Virus record (IMG/VR): IMGVR_UViG_3300021475_000005
Strand: one strand, 5' to 3'
Origin: a virus
Lineage: Duplodnaviria; Heunggongvirae; Uroviricota; Caudoviricetes
DNA length: 64,000 nt
The notes below the pieces were generated by a model that was not told the origin of the DNA, ran no database searches, and saw only the letters and a list, made by a program, of their open reading frames with translations. Both the position numbers and the translations under genes were made by a program. Shown here piece after piece: positions 48,112-57,292 of this stretch (position 1 is the stretch's first letter; every line of letters starts with the position of its first letter).

Positions 48112-49100
48112 GCGGCCTCCTGCGCTTCGGTTTCGCTCGGCTCATCGTTCTCCGGTATGACATCCTTAGTGCCGCTGAATCCGTTGAGGAACGTAACGGC
48201 TTTCTGTGCTGCACCCGCAGCCGTGAAGATGAAGCGTTTGTCGTCGCGCAGGACTTTCAGCCAGTGACCGAGATATTGCGCATGGTCCTCGCGAACCTCC
48301 GGCGTGATGCCGAGGACGGCGCAGAGAAATGCCGATCCCATTTCGGCGACGAGTTCTTCCGCCGCGTACGCCTCGGACCCGAAACGGGTTGAGTAGTCGC
48401 GATTGAGACGGCTTTTGCCGCCTGTCCAATGGACAAACTCGTGACCCTTCGTGGCGTAATAGGATTCGACATCCTTGAAGGTATCGAGTTCGGGCAGTTT
48501 GATGAAGTCTTCGCCCGGCGACCAGAAGGCCTGATTGCCGCCATGGCGAACATCAGCCTTCGTAGCGGCGAAGTACGCTTCGATGTGATCGAGGCGTTCC
48601 AGTTTCGCCTTGGTCGTCTCTGGCGTCTTGGAAGGCTTACCGTAATAGTTTTCCGGCAGCCCTTCGACCTGCTCGACGTTGAAGACGAAATATTGCTTGA
48701 GCATGGAGATTTCGCGGGCCTTGTCACCGTCGCGCTCGGCGCGCGCCTTCTCGTCTTTGGGCACGAATCGGCTGGCATAGACGATCATGGTTGCCTTTTC
48801 GCCCTTGCGAACCATGCCGCCAAGCTCCTTGGCCTGATTGAAGGTCATCCAGCGGGCATTCGAGAAGCCTTTGACCTCGGCAGCCGTCCACAGAAGCACC
48901 ACGTTGATGCCGCTGTAAAATTGCCCATTGGCGCGGATCGGCAGCCCACCACAACCCTCCGGGCCGTTCCATGGGCGCATCCACGGGCGCACACCGGCTT
49001 CGAGGGCATTGATGATGGATTGCGTGACCTTCTCGTAAAGGTCGATTTTCGGGGTCTCGGCCTCGGTTTTTGAGGACTTTTTGAAGCTCTTCTTTGCCAT
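48108..49100 (-). CDS. ardC: ArdC-like ssDNA-binding antirestriction protein
   Basis: PWMRPW...YSGINV.LLW...WMTFNQA...VRKGEK...YFVFNVEQ...HEFVHWTG..SRL.R...YAAEELVAE..SAFL; start trimmed to MAKKSF. Confidence 0.9.
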   Translation of the reverse strand: MAKKSFKKSSKTEAETPKIDLYEKVTQSIINALEAGVRPWMRPWNGPEGCGGLPIRANGQFYSGINVVLLWTAAEVKGFSNARWMTFNQAKELGGMVRKGEKATMIVYASRFVPKDEKARAERDGDKAREISMLKQYFVFNVEQVEGLPENYYGKPSKTPETTKAKLERLDHIEAYFAATKADVRHGGNQAFWSPGEDFIKLPELDTFKDVESYYATKGHEFVHWTGGKSRLNRDYSTRFGSEAYAAEELVAEMGSAFLCAVLGITPEVREDHAQYLGHWLKVLRDDKRFIFTAAGAAQKAVTFLNGFSGTKDVIPENDEPSETEAQEAA

Positions 49101-49182
49101 GTCTGCGACCCCTTCTTGAATTCGTTGGATGGGGGTATACCGAACTAGGATTTCATTGTCAACTAGCGAGAGCCAATTATTT

Positions 49183-49782
49183 TTAAGGGGGCATTGTCTC
49201 GATATCGACGGCGTACTTGCCATTTGGCAATTCATGTATCCGGATACTATCATGAGACGCCGGAAGGAATTCGGAATGCCTGTGACCATAAACAAGTGTA
49301 CGACCACCTAGTTTTGCAACCTCATTCAACGAGAAGGTTCTATGCCTCTGATAAGGTTTGCCAAAAATGTCTACAACGGGTTCGATAATCGGTGCGTGAT
49401 TGAAAACTGTATGATCGGGCCACGGTTTCACGCGAGATTGGCAGGCTGCACACTTCAAGCAAACATTATCGTACATGCCGATCCGCATGCCACGAATATT
49501 TCTCTCGGCATCGGCAAGTCTATCGCTAAAGCGGATGGCGGTGTCGCCGCTGGAATCGTGAAGATGCTTGCGCATATGATGCGCAAATATTTTCATATAA
49601 GTGTAATCGCTAAGTGCGGCGCGATAAGAACAGCGCTTTGCAATTTCTTCGGCTCGGTCGATGCGCCGTTCGAGTTCGTCGAGAAGACCTATGATGACAT
49701 CAAGATGCGTTTCTCGAACGTGTCGTTCGACACTTGCAGCGAAATCGGCGAGCGCTTGCATTAGCGGAAGTGATCCAACCAC
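49183..49782 (-). CDS. Hypothetical protein
   Basis: 199-aa ORF. Confidence 0.5.
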   Translation of the reverse strand: MVGSLPLMQALADFAASVERHVRETHLDVIIGLLDELERRIDRAEEIAKRCSYRAALSDYTYMKIFAHHMRKHLHDSSGDTAIRFSDRLADAERNIRGMRIGMYDNVCLKCAACQSRVKPWPDHTVFNHAPIIEPVVDIFGKPYQRHRTFSLNEVAKLGGRTLVYGHRHSEFLPASHDSIRIHELPNGKYAVDIETMPP

Positions 49783-49961
49783 GACGCCTGCTTGCCTTTT
49801 TTGATTCGGGCCAGTTCGCGCTTATGGCGTTCTTCGGCCCCATCGACCATGGCGTTGCCGGTGCCGTCGCATGTCAGGCAGCGAATGATCTTGCCGCCGA
49901 CGATCTGTTCGCCAGTGCCGAAGCACTGGCGACATTTCCAACGTTTCAAAGCGTCGAACAC
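49761..49961 (-). CDS. Small DnaJ-type zinc-finger protein
   Basis: CRQCFGTG...CLTCDGTG. Confidence 0.6.
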   Translation of the reverse strand: MFDALKRWKCRQCFGTGEQIVGGKIIRCLTCDGTGNAMVDGAEERHKRELARIKKGKQASWLDHFR

Positions 49962-49964
49962 AGA

Positions 49965-50405
49965 TCAGTCTCCGGAATCAGTTCCGGCAGGCGCACCTTT
50001 TTGATCGCCGCCTTTTTTCATCGCCTTTTCGAGCGCATCGTAATTTGCGCTGGTGAGGGCATTGTTGATCGCCTGAACGAGATCGTCGCGATTCTTTTTC
50101 GCCTTCTGGATTTCCTGACGGCGTTTCGGAGTGAACGTCTCGGTCGGTTTTTCGGCAGGATCGGTGGTCGTAAAGACCGAGTTGTCGGCCTTGTTGATCG
50201 CGTTGTAATCCTTGTCGAGTTGGACGAGTTTGTCGAATGCAGAGACAAGCAATTGCGTGCGCCGTGTGTTTTCACGTCCGGCGATCACGTCGCGAGCGCC
50301 ATTCATGATGGTGCCGTTGGCATGTGCCTGATCGATTGCGTTTTTGACGGTATCGAGAAAAGAAGTGGCGTCGGTGGTGGGAGCGGGTGCAGGCGTATCG
50401 GACAT
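49965..50405 (-). CDS. Hypothetical helical protein, probably highly expressed
   Basis: Own TTGACA promoter; codon choice rich in C/G-ending codons, like ardC. Confidence 0.7.
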   Translation of the reverse strand: MSDTPAPAPTTDATSFLDTVKNAIDQAHANGTIMNGARDVIAGRENTRRTQLLVSAFDKLVQLDKDYNAINKADNSVFTTTDPAEKPTETFTPKRRQEIQKAKKNRDDLVQAINNALTSANYDALEKAMKKGGDQKGAPAGTDSGD

Positions 50406-50471
50406 TGGAATTCCCTCTAATTGGTGAACCGATCTTTAGTGGTCACCGCTCCATTGTCAACCCTCCGACGC

Positions 50472-51007
50472 CTATAATTCCAACAAAGCTTCTTTGACTA
50501 GATGGATGCCGGTCTCGTAATCACCTTCTTCGAGCAATCCAGCTTTGATCAAGGCAGCAAAAGGCTCATGATGCCATCCGCTATTACCGAACGGACGTTT
50601 GCCGCTAAATCCCTCACCTTCGATCCAGACCGTTTGAGCGATCTTGATGAAATAATCGCGGATTGTCGAAGCACGTGCATCATTATCGTCCATCGGCAAG
50701 TCGAGGATTTCGCGTGGCGTCAGAATTTTATTCGTCATATTTGCCTCGGATATAGTTGGTTGAATTCCGCAATCCGTGCGGATGCCTGAATCATCTGAGT
50801 CCGTTCTATTTCCGTCAGACCTTCCAGTTCATCGTTCGACAAAGCACGGATCATATCGAACTTGTCGTAACAGACGTAACCGCCGCAGTAACAGCAGATT
50901 CCAATATCGCCCTCTTTCGGCTGCGCATCTTCACCAGTGACTTCAGTGCTCCCATCAAGTCTGGATAAGCAGAACGGACATCTCTGATGCTGTGGCGTAC
51001 GGCTCAT
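50472..51007 (-). other. Two small hypothetical ORFs
   Basis: 50472-50738 and 50735-51007 (Cys-rich). Confidence 0.55.
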
Positions 51008-51714
51008 GCTTTCGACAATCCTCTTGACATGGATTCGTAAAAGGATTTCTCGACGACGCCTCGAAACTTCAAGCGCTCCGTTTCGCTTTTCGTTGTGCCT
51101 TCCGCATGCGCCTTTGCCAGCGTCGCTAAAAGCTCTCCGAACTTCTCGGCTGAAAGTGGGGCTTCGCTTCCGGAAATGATTGTTTGCTCATCATGATCGT
51201 TTCCGCATCCCTCGCAATCCTGCACCTCAGCGAGATACCAGACGGAAATCAATTGCCTCCATTCCGAGTCTTGCAGCACGGAAAGTGGAATTTCGATCAA
51301 GCCGGGATGATTTGCTGCGCCTGTATTTACTTCGACTTCATGGATAGGCTGAATTGGCCCTTCCATCTCGTCACGCAATTCTTCGATCTGTGCATTCGCA
51401 GGAATGGTTTCCGCTGCCTGCATGAGAAGGCCGAAAGCCATTGCGTCAAGATCGTCTTTTGTCTCGGTTCCATTCGGATCACGAAAGTCTTGGACGATGT
51501 TGCGCGCCAAAGTCACCAGCGTATCGGCCCAACCATCGAAATTCTGGAAGACGGTGCGAACCGTACACGCAATCGATTTCTTGCGTGTCCCGGGTGTCTC
51601 TTTGACCCACACACGTACGACTTCACGATAGCCCTCTTCGATCACACTATGAGGAAGTGTGAGAGTCGGGAGATTGTCGTCAGGCTGAATAACTGGTGCG
51701 CGTTCGGATGACAT
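51004..51714 (-). CDS. Tandem DUF5076-like domain protein
   Basis: See 37102-37767. Confidence 0.6.
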   Translation of the reverse strand: MSSERAPVIQPDDNLPTLTLPHSVIEEGYREVVRVWVKETPGTRKKSIACTVRTVFQNFDGWADTLVTLARNIVQDFRDPNGTETKDDLDAMAFGLLMQAAETIPANAQIEELRDEMEGPIQPIHEVEVNTGAANHPGLIEIPLSVLQDSEWRQLISVWYLAEVQDCEGCGNDHDEQTIISGSEAPLSAEKFGELLATLAKAHAEGTTKSETERLKFRGVVEKSFYESMSRGLSKA

Positions 51715-51835
51715 CGAATCCTCTGTCGATCTTTATGACCGGACCAGTCGGAAAAGTCAATGGAGGGACGCAGGAGTCACGTCCCTCAGCATCGACTTGA
51801 CCATCGCCCGAGGGGTTTTTGACGATGGCAAGAGG

Positions 51836-52372
51836 TCAGCGCCGTTCCAGAGAACTCACTTTGAAGCTTGGACCACCAGTGGGTCTTTTGTCAGATTTCT
51901 GTCCGGCTTTTTCCGGCTCCGCGCCTTCAGGCCGTGGAATACCCTCTCCGATACGTTTGAGGCGCTGGTGTTCGAACGCAATTCCCTTTGGCGGAAGACC
52001 ATTTTCGCTGTCTTTGGGAATTTCCCCATGGACGGAAAAGCGTACGCACCCATTGAGATAGGTACATTTTTCCATCACAACGCCTTGATAGTGAGTGAGT
52101 ATATCCTCGACTTTATCGCCGATCTGGATCGTAACAGTGTCGTCGATGGGCGGAACAGACCCTGAAACGCCGTCGCCCGTGCGTCGGAGAGTAAAGTGAT
52201 CGATGAAGTAGGCTTCCGGGATTTCGTTTTTGCCTTTGGGAACCATGGGCTGGAGAGCCCACATGATGTTCCCATTGAACTGATCATAGCGAATTGTCAG
52301 CCGACCTTTGCAGCCGGTTGCTGTGTCGATTGCGTCGCAGCCCAGAACCAGCGGTTTGGATTTGGCAGCCAT
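51836..52372 (-). CDS. Protein with an internally duplicated SH3-like phage domain
   Basis: LGCDAIDTATGCKG...FNGNI.WALQP and IGDKVEDILTHYQG...YLNGCVRFSVH. Confidence 0.6.
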   Translation of the reverse strand: MAAKSKPLVLGCDAIDTATGCKGRLTIRYDQFNGNIMWALQPMVPKGKNEIPEAYFIDHFTLRRTGDGVSGSVPPIDDTVTIQIGDKVEDILTHYQGVVMEKCTYLNGCVRFSVHGEIPKDSENGLPPKGIAFEHQRLKRIGEGIPRPEGAEPEKAGQKSDKRPTGGPSFKVSSLERR

Positions 52373-52454
52373 ATTGAACCCCTTCAAGTGAATTGGAGAG
52401 GGAAGGCTATGATGGATTCTATCTGACCGCAAGTGTCGGGATTTAAAAATTTTC

Positions 52455-53003
52455 TCAAGGATAGTGAGAACTATTGACACCTTTGTGCATAGACGGTTTT
52501 GCGTTCCGCTCTTTCTCAATTTTAAGTTCTAATTTCCTGCGCTCTGCATACTCATGATCTGTCTCATTCGGAAGACGATCACGTTTGCGACTATTGCAAG
52601 GTGCACATAGAGTTTGGAAATTACTTTGTTCATCTGATCCACCATGCGCACGGGGCATGATGTGGTCCTTGGTGAGCATCACCTGATGTCCGCGAGCGTT
52701 TATTCCGTACAGATTAAAATGAAATCTGTGGCTGCTTGGATAGAATTTTCCCGGTGTACGTTTATCGCGAAACACCGATCTTTCCTTCGCAAAGAAAAGT
52801 CCGATGATTCCACACTTCTGGCAAGCCGTTTGCCGCGTGAAAAGATGGTAGCGCGCCGAACTCATCTTGACCTCGTCGCCGTCGAATAACACCCATTCAT
52901 CATCATGCCGGACAAACGGAAGTATCTCATCGACCGCATAGATGCCTTTGCGTTCGTAATGTCCTACAAGTCCGTGACTTTGAATGTTAGCAAGCGAGAT
53001 CAT
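52455..53003 (-). CDS. HNH endonuclease
   Basis: CQKCG...TKDHIMPRAHGGSDEQSNFQTLCAPCNSRK. Confidence 0.85.
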   Translation of the reverse strand: MISLANIQSHGLVGHYERKGIYAVDEILPFVRHDDEWVLFDGDEVKMSSARYHLFTRQTACQKCGIIGLFFAKERSVFRDKRTPGKFYPSSHRFHFNLYGINARGHQVMLTKDHIMPRAHGGSDEQSNFQTLCAPCNSRKRDRLPNETDHEYAERRKLELKIEKERNAKPSMHKGVNSSHYP

Positions 53004-53524
53004 TTTATAATCGTAGTTGCGACTCCAGCTTCGCGAAAATATTTGAGAGAATTCAAGAGAGATGTTTGCCAGCGTTTCAAAGCATCTTCAGAGGCTTCCG
53101 GTGCGACCACACGCGTAATGCCTGCCTGAATCATATGGACAGCGCAACGTTCGCAGCAGAGAAGAGGCCACGTATATAAAGTATAATCGACCGCACGCTC
53201 CTGTAGTGCAAGCACCGCATTCATTTCTGCGTGGATGATGCGGGAATATTTTTCTTCCCGATTCTGGTAGAATTCTAGGTTATCTGGAGTTTTTCGAGAG
53301 AGTCCATTATAACCCAATGATGCGATTGTTCGATCAGCGCGGACAATAACAGCGCCACATTTTGTTGATGGGTCGTGACTCCAGTTTGCAACCAGTTTAG
53401 CTAGTTCGAGAAAACGGCGATCCCACTTCTCTGTATGCATCGTTTTCTCAGACTTCAAATTAATGAGTGTCTGTTGCACCTCTGGTAAATGTCGATCCCA
53501 TTCTTTCGTCGAATCAATTGTCAA
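53000..53524 (-). CDS. dCMP deaminase
   Basis: WS.DPSTKCGAVIV...GYNG...HAEMNA...CCERC. Confidence 0.9.
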   Translation of the reverse strand: MTIDSTKEWDRHLPEVQQTLINLKSEKTMHTEKWDRRFLELAKLVANWSHDPSTKCGAVIVRADRTIASLGYNGLSRKTPDNLEFYQNREEKYSRIIHAEMNAVLALQERAVDYTLYTWPLLCCERCAVHMIQAGITRVVAPEASEDALKRWQTSLLNSLKYFREAGVATTIIK

Positions 53525-54360
53525 AGCGTTTCTCCCGGTTTAAGACGAAATCCAGCAGCATTTCGATGTCCGCCGCCACCCCACTTCAATGCAATGGCGC
53601 TGACATCTTCTTTGCTATCGATAGAGCGCAAAGAATAAACAGTGTCTCCATCCTTGTTGATGAAGAATGTTGCACTGAATGGTGCATCGTCACGTTTGGC
53701 GAGAATGTTGCCGACCTCAGAGCAATAAAGATGTGAAACGTTGCAGCAAGGAACGTCAAATCCAGCGATATTGACGCGTTGAAGCGTCGCCGCGATCATG
53801 GACTCGCAGTTCTTCATGTGGCGTTTATAGAGATAAGACCCGATCTTGTACGCTTCAGTCGGATCGGATTCTAACTGTGCAGAGGCCGCATCCCACTGAT
53901 CGAATTTCATCTCGAATGAGTCCAGCCAAAGACAAGCGAATTTGGTGAGGTCGCCAAACTTCCAACGCCACAGGTCACGATCTTCGACGAAATCAATGAT
54001 ACGAGGCCGAAGGATATTCGGATGCAGAATATCCCACGTCAGTCCGCATCCCGAGCGATTCATATCGAACAGGCCTCCGACTTTGCCGCTGTCGAGAAGA
54101 GGCTGTAGATCGGCCTGCGAAGTTACGTGATGATCAAATATGGTGATCGACGCTGCTTTTAATAGCATCTCATCGAGAACCGGACGTTTGTAACTGAAAT
54201 CGACAAGCAGGACATGCTTACCATCTACAGTTGGCGGTGGTGATCCATACGATCCGTGACGATATTCGACTGCATCGCCGAATTTTTTCCAGACAGCCCA
54301 TGCCGATGTAAAACCATCTGGGCAAAATCCATGAAACACGCAAATATCAGGGGTTTGCAC
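53521..54360 (-). CDS. DHH/DHHA1 phosphoesterase
   Basis: H..C.DGF, VDFS, DHH, DRDLW, GGGGHRNAAGF. Confidence 0.9.
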   Translation of the reverse strand: MQTPDICVFHGFCPDGFTSAWAVWKKFGDAVEYRHGSYGSPPPTVDGKHVLLVDFSYKRPVLDEMLLKAASITIFDHHVTSQADLQPLLDSGKVGGLFDMNRSGCGLTWDILHPNILRPRIIDFVEDRDLWRWKFGDLTKFACLWLDSFEMKFDQWDAASAQLESDPTEAYKIGSYLYKRHMKNCESMIAATLQRVNIAGFDVPCCNVSHLYCSEVGNILAKRDDAPFSATFFINKDGDTVYSLRSIDSKEDVSAIALKWGGGGHRNAAGFRLKPGETL

Positions 54361-56603
54361 TACTTTCCATTTCTGCCCATCCGTTGAGAAAAATATCTTT
54401 TTGTTCGCTCGTCATTTGACGCATCATCTGAAGAGTCGTCGCGACAAGCTCGTCACCGCTCAGAAGAACAAAACCAATTGATTCGACATACTCCCTGTCG
54501 AAAAGTTCGTTTGGTCTCCACCACAAACCGAGATGATGGCGAAGTGGCCTTCCTTCGTCGTCATGCGTACGATGTCCGACTTTAACGGTGAAGTTTTGCC
54601 GCTGGAGATTTAAAGGAATCGACCCCCATCCGGAAATTACCGCTGTCAGCTTGTCAAAGTAAGGATGAGCGGCACGGATGTCTTCAACCGTAAAAGGATT
54701 GATCGCAGTTTTCTGGAAATCGAGAAAGAGATTGGTCGCTTCGATTTTCCAGCCCGGATGGGCAGCCTCATTTTTCGAAGCCGTGCCGTTTATGATAACA
54801 TTATCAATCGTTTCCATTAGGCACCCTGCTTCTTGATAAAGCCACGGCCCTTACATTTGAGACACGTTTTGTCTTTGATGGGATTACCGACGCCAAAGGC
54901 TTCCGGACGGCACCCAGTCCCCATGCACATGACACAAATATCATTTTCGCGGTTGAACTTGGCGAAAGCGCGTTTTAGGTCGGGTATCGAATGGGGAAGC
55001 GGAGGCACTGCGAATCCTATGTCAGGGTTCGCGACACTACCTGTCCTAAATCAGGGTGTCAAATATTGGTTAACGCGGGTTTGAGAATTTTTCGGCCTAC
55101 TCGGGTAGCGCAGGCCCAATCTGGGCTTCTTCACGCTCGTAGATTGCCATGATTGTCAGGCACGGAGAAGAAGACATAAATGGCAGATAATTCCATGAAT
55201 GCAGCCGGTATCCAGCTTCTTCTTTTTCTTTTATGTCAATTTCAAAATCGCGCATAAGCTCACCGTTGTTCCATCCTCGATGAGTCACAAATTTCTTCGA
55301 CAACATCGCGTCCTCCTAGTAAGCAAGACCTTTTGCGGCGAGTTTTTCGTCCCCACGTTCACGTTCTCTGCGATACCATTCCGCAAACCACGCCATCCAT
55401 TCCTTCACAGTCGATCCGGCAATATACGGCTCGCCATCGGTATGATTGAAAGGGCATGCTTCAAGCGGTTCATTGTTGCCGGGATCGATGAGCCCGTTAC
55501 AGCGCCAAACGCCGTCGCTATCCTCGACGAGAATGCCAGCGCCGCAATCGGCGAAAGGACACTCCAGCGGAATAAAGTGCCCGTGATTATCGCGAGGGCG
55601 TCTCATGCGGGCAGATTCGGTTCAAGCGTCAGGAACCATGACAGGCCGGTATTGAGCTTCATGCTGCTCGTATCTTCGGTATGTTCCAGCTTTGCACGTA
55701 TGTAACTGGATTTTCGTTTTGTATTGAAGATGCGAAGAACTTCGCCTTCGGCATGAAGAAGTTGCCCAAACTGGACTTCGGCATGTCCGAGAAATTTGAT
55801 TTCGAATTTCCGGCATGACTTATGCTCAAGCTCGACGACTTGAGGAGCGGGGACGCCGCATGTAGAAATCACGCGAGTGACATTCGACGCATTGAGCGGT
55901 AATTCTTCTGGAGCCGCTGCGTATACACGGTTTTCCGGAGTCACTCTTTCGGAGCGTTCTTTGATGCACTTTGGGCAAACATCTTTGCCGTTCTGGTTGA
56001 CTTCCCAGCCGCCCTGTCGAAACTTTTTCGAGACGACCTGATCCGGTAATCGTTTTCGGCTTGGAAAGAACGAACGCTTTGTACAGACGTGACATATGGC
56101 CTCGAAGCCTTCCTTGCCGTTGTAGCGTGCGGTCTTGATCATGTTTGTATCTCCACTCCTGCGCGGACATTTGCGAGTCGTGCTTTTAGCGCGACAAGAC
56201 ATACCGCATAACATAGATTGATATGAGAGGCGCTCGGCCAGATTAACTCTTCCCCCTTCTTAATGAATTGAGGAAGCGTAGAATTTTCTGGAATCAGGCT
56301 GATGTACCAGTGATCTGACTTCGTGACGATAAACTCAGTGGCTTCGATAGTTTCAGTTCGTTTCATTTGCACGTCACTGACTTCCGAAACCAGATAGTTA
56401 TCCGGAATCAATCCCCACGCTTCGCTGAGATTATCGAGATAATTCGGATAGGTTTGCCGACGATCATAATCACGATAGGTTCCGGCGCAGCGAGCGATGT
56501 CGGCGCATAGTTCACTATCGGGATGCCAATAGCGATGAAATTTCTGAGTCTTGGTCTTCGCCAATCTCTCGATGAGATCGACCAAAGTTTCGTCGCGGTT
56601 CAT
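54347..56603 (-). other. Small hypothetical ORFs
   Basis: 54347-54817, 54817-55008 (CxxCxGxG), 55097-55306, 55316-55606, 55603-56214 and 56139-56603. Confidence 0.55.
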
Positions 56604-57292
56604 CCGTGACAACTCACGATCCGGTCTAGCCCGATGGCGACCTCTAAAACCTTGGCATCCGGATAGTCTGTACGGTCGGAGATACTGCACATCTCTGTCC
56701 ACCGTCCATTCCATTCCACTTCAACGTCTTCCGTTTTCGTCGAATAGGATGGAAGACGGTCGCTTGTCACGAACCGCGTTGAGAGATGTGTGAGACTGGC
56801 AATCGTATTGTACATCTGCTCGACGACCGCTGAACGATAATCGGCGAGTGTTCTTGGTGAATAGAGACACTGGAATTCCAATTGTGTGAATTCGTAAAAG
56901 CGCAATTTCGCAGCGGTCGCCCCATCGCTCTGTTCGCGCCGAAATGACTTGCCGACTTGCCAGACACACAGAGGCATTTTGCGATCACCACGCATCAGCA
57001 ACGTCTTTGCGGCTTCGTAGCTGTACGCTGTAGTCTCGGGACGCAGAACAGCCTCGTCTTCTCCCAGCTTCGCCTGAAGCAGCCATACATCATCGCCGTC
57101 ATAGGACGGGCTGATAAAAGAGCGCGGCATGAGTATCGGACCTTCAACCCGGTCGAAATTCCATGCACTATTCAGTTGGAGCAGAGTGGAACGGATCGCA
57201 GAGACAAATCTCTCCTGCGCGTGTTCTCGCAACATGAGTTCGTATGGCCCCCAACCACGCAAGCCTCCATGCCCCCAAGCTTGTTCGCTCAT
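56600..57292 (-). CDS. Glycyl-tRNA-synthetase-like class II catalytic domain without anticodon-binding domain
   Basis: LRPETT, QVGKSFRRE (motif 2), RFYEFTQLEFQ, EMCSISDRTD, EVAIGLDR (motif 3); only 230 aa. Confidence 0.8.
   Translation of the reverse strand: MSEQAWGHGGLRGWGPYELMLREHAQERFVSAIRSTLLQLNSAWNFDRVEGPILMPRSFISPSYDGDDVWLLQAKLGEDEAVLRPETTAYSYEAAKTLLMRGDRKMPLCVWQVGKSFRREQSDGATAAKLRFYEFTQLEFQCLYSPRTLADYRSAVVEQMYNTIASLTHLSTRFVTSDRLPSYSTKTEDVEVEWNGRWTEMCSISDRTDYPDAKVLEVAIGLDRIVSCHG

Noticed and set aside
48108-49307. 399-aa extended ArdC ORF
   Set aside because: A promoter and RBS lie inside the extension; the real start is MAKKSF at 49100.
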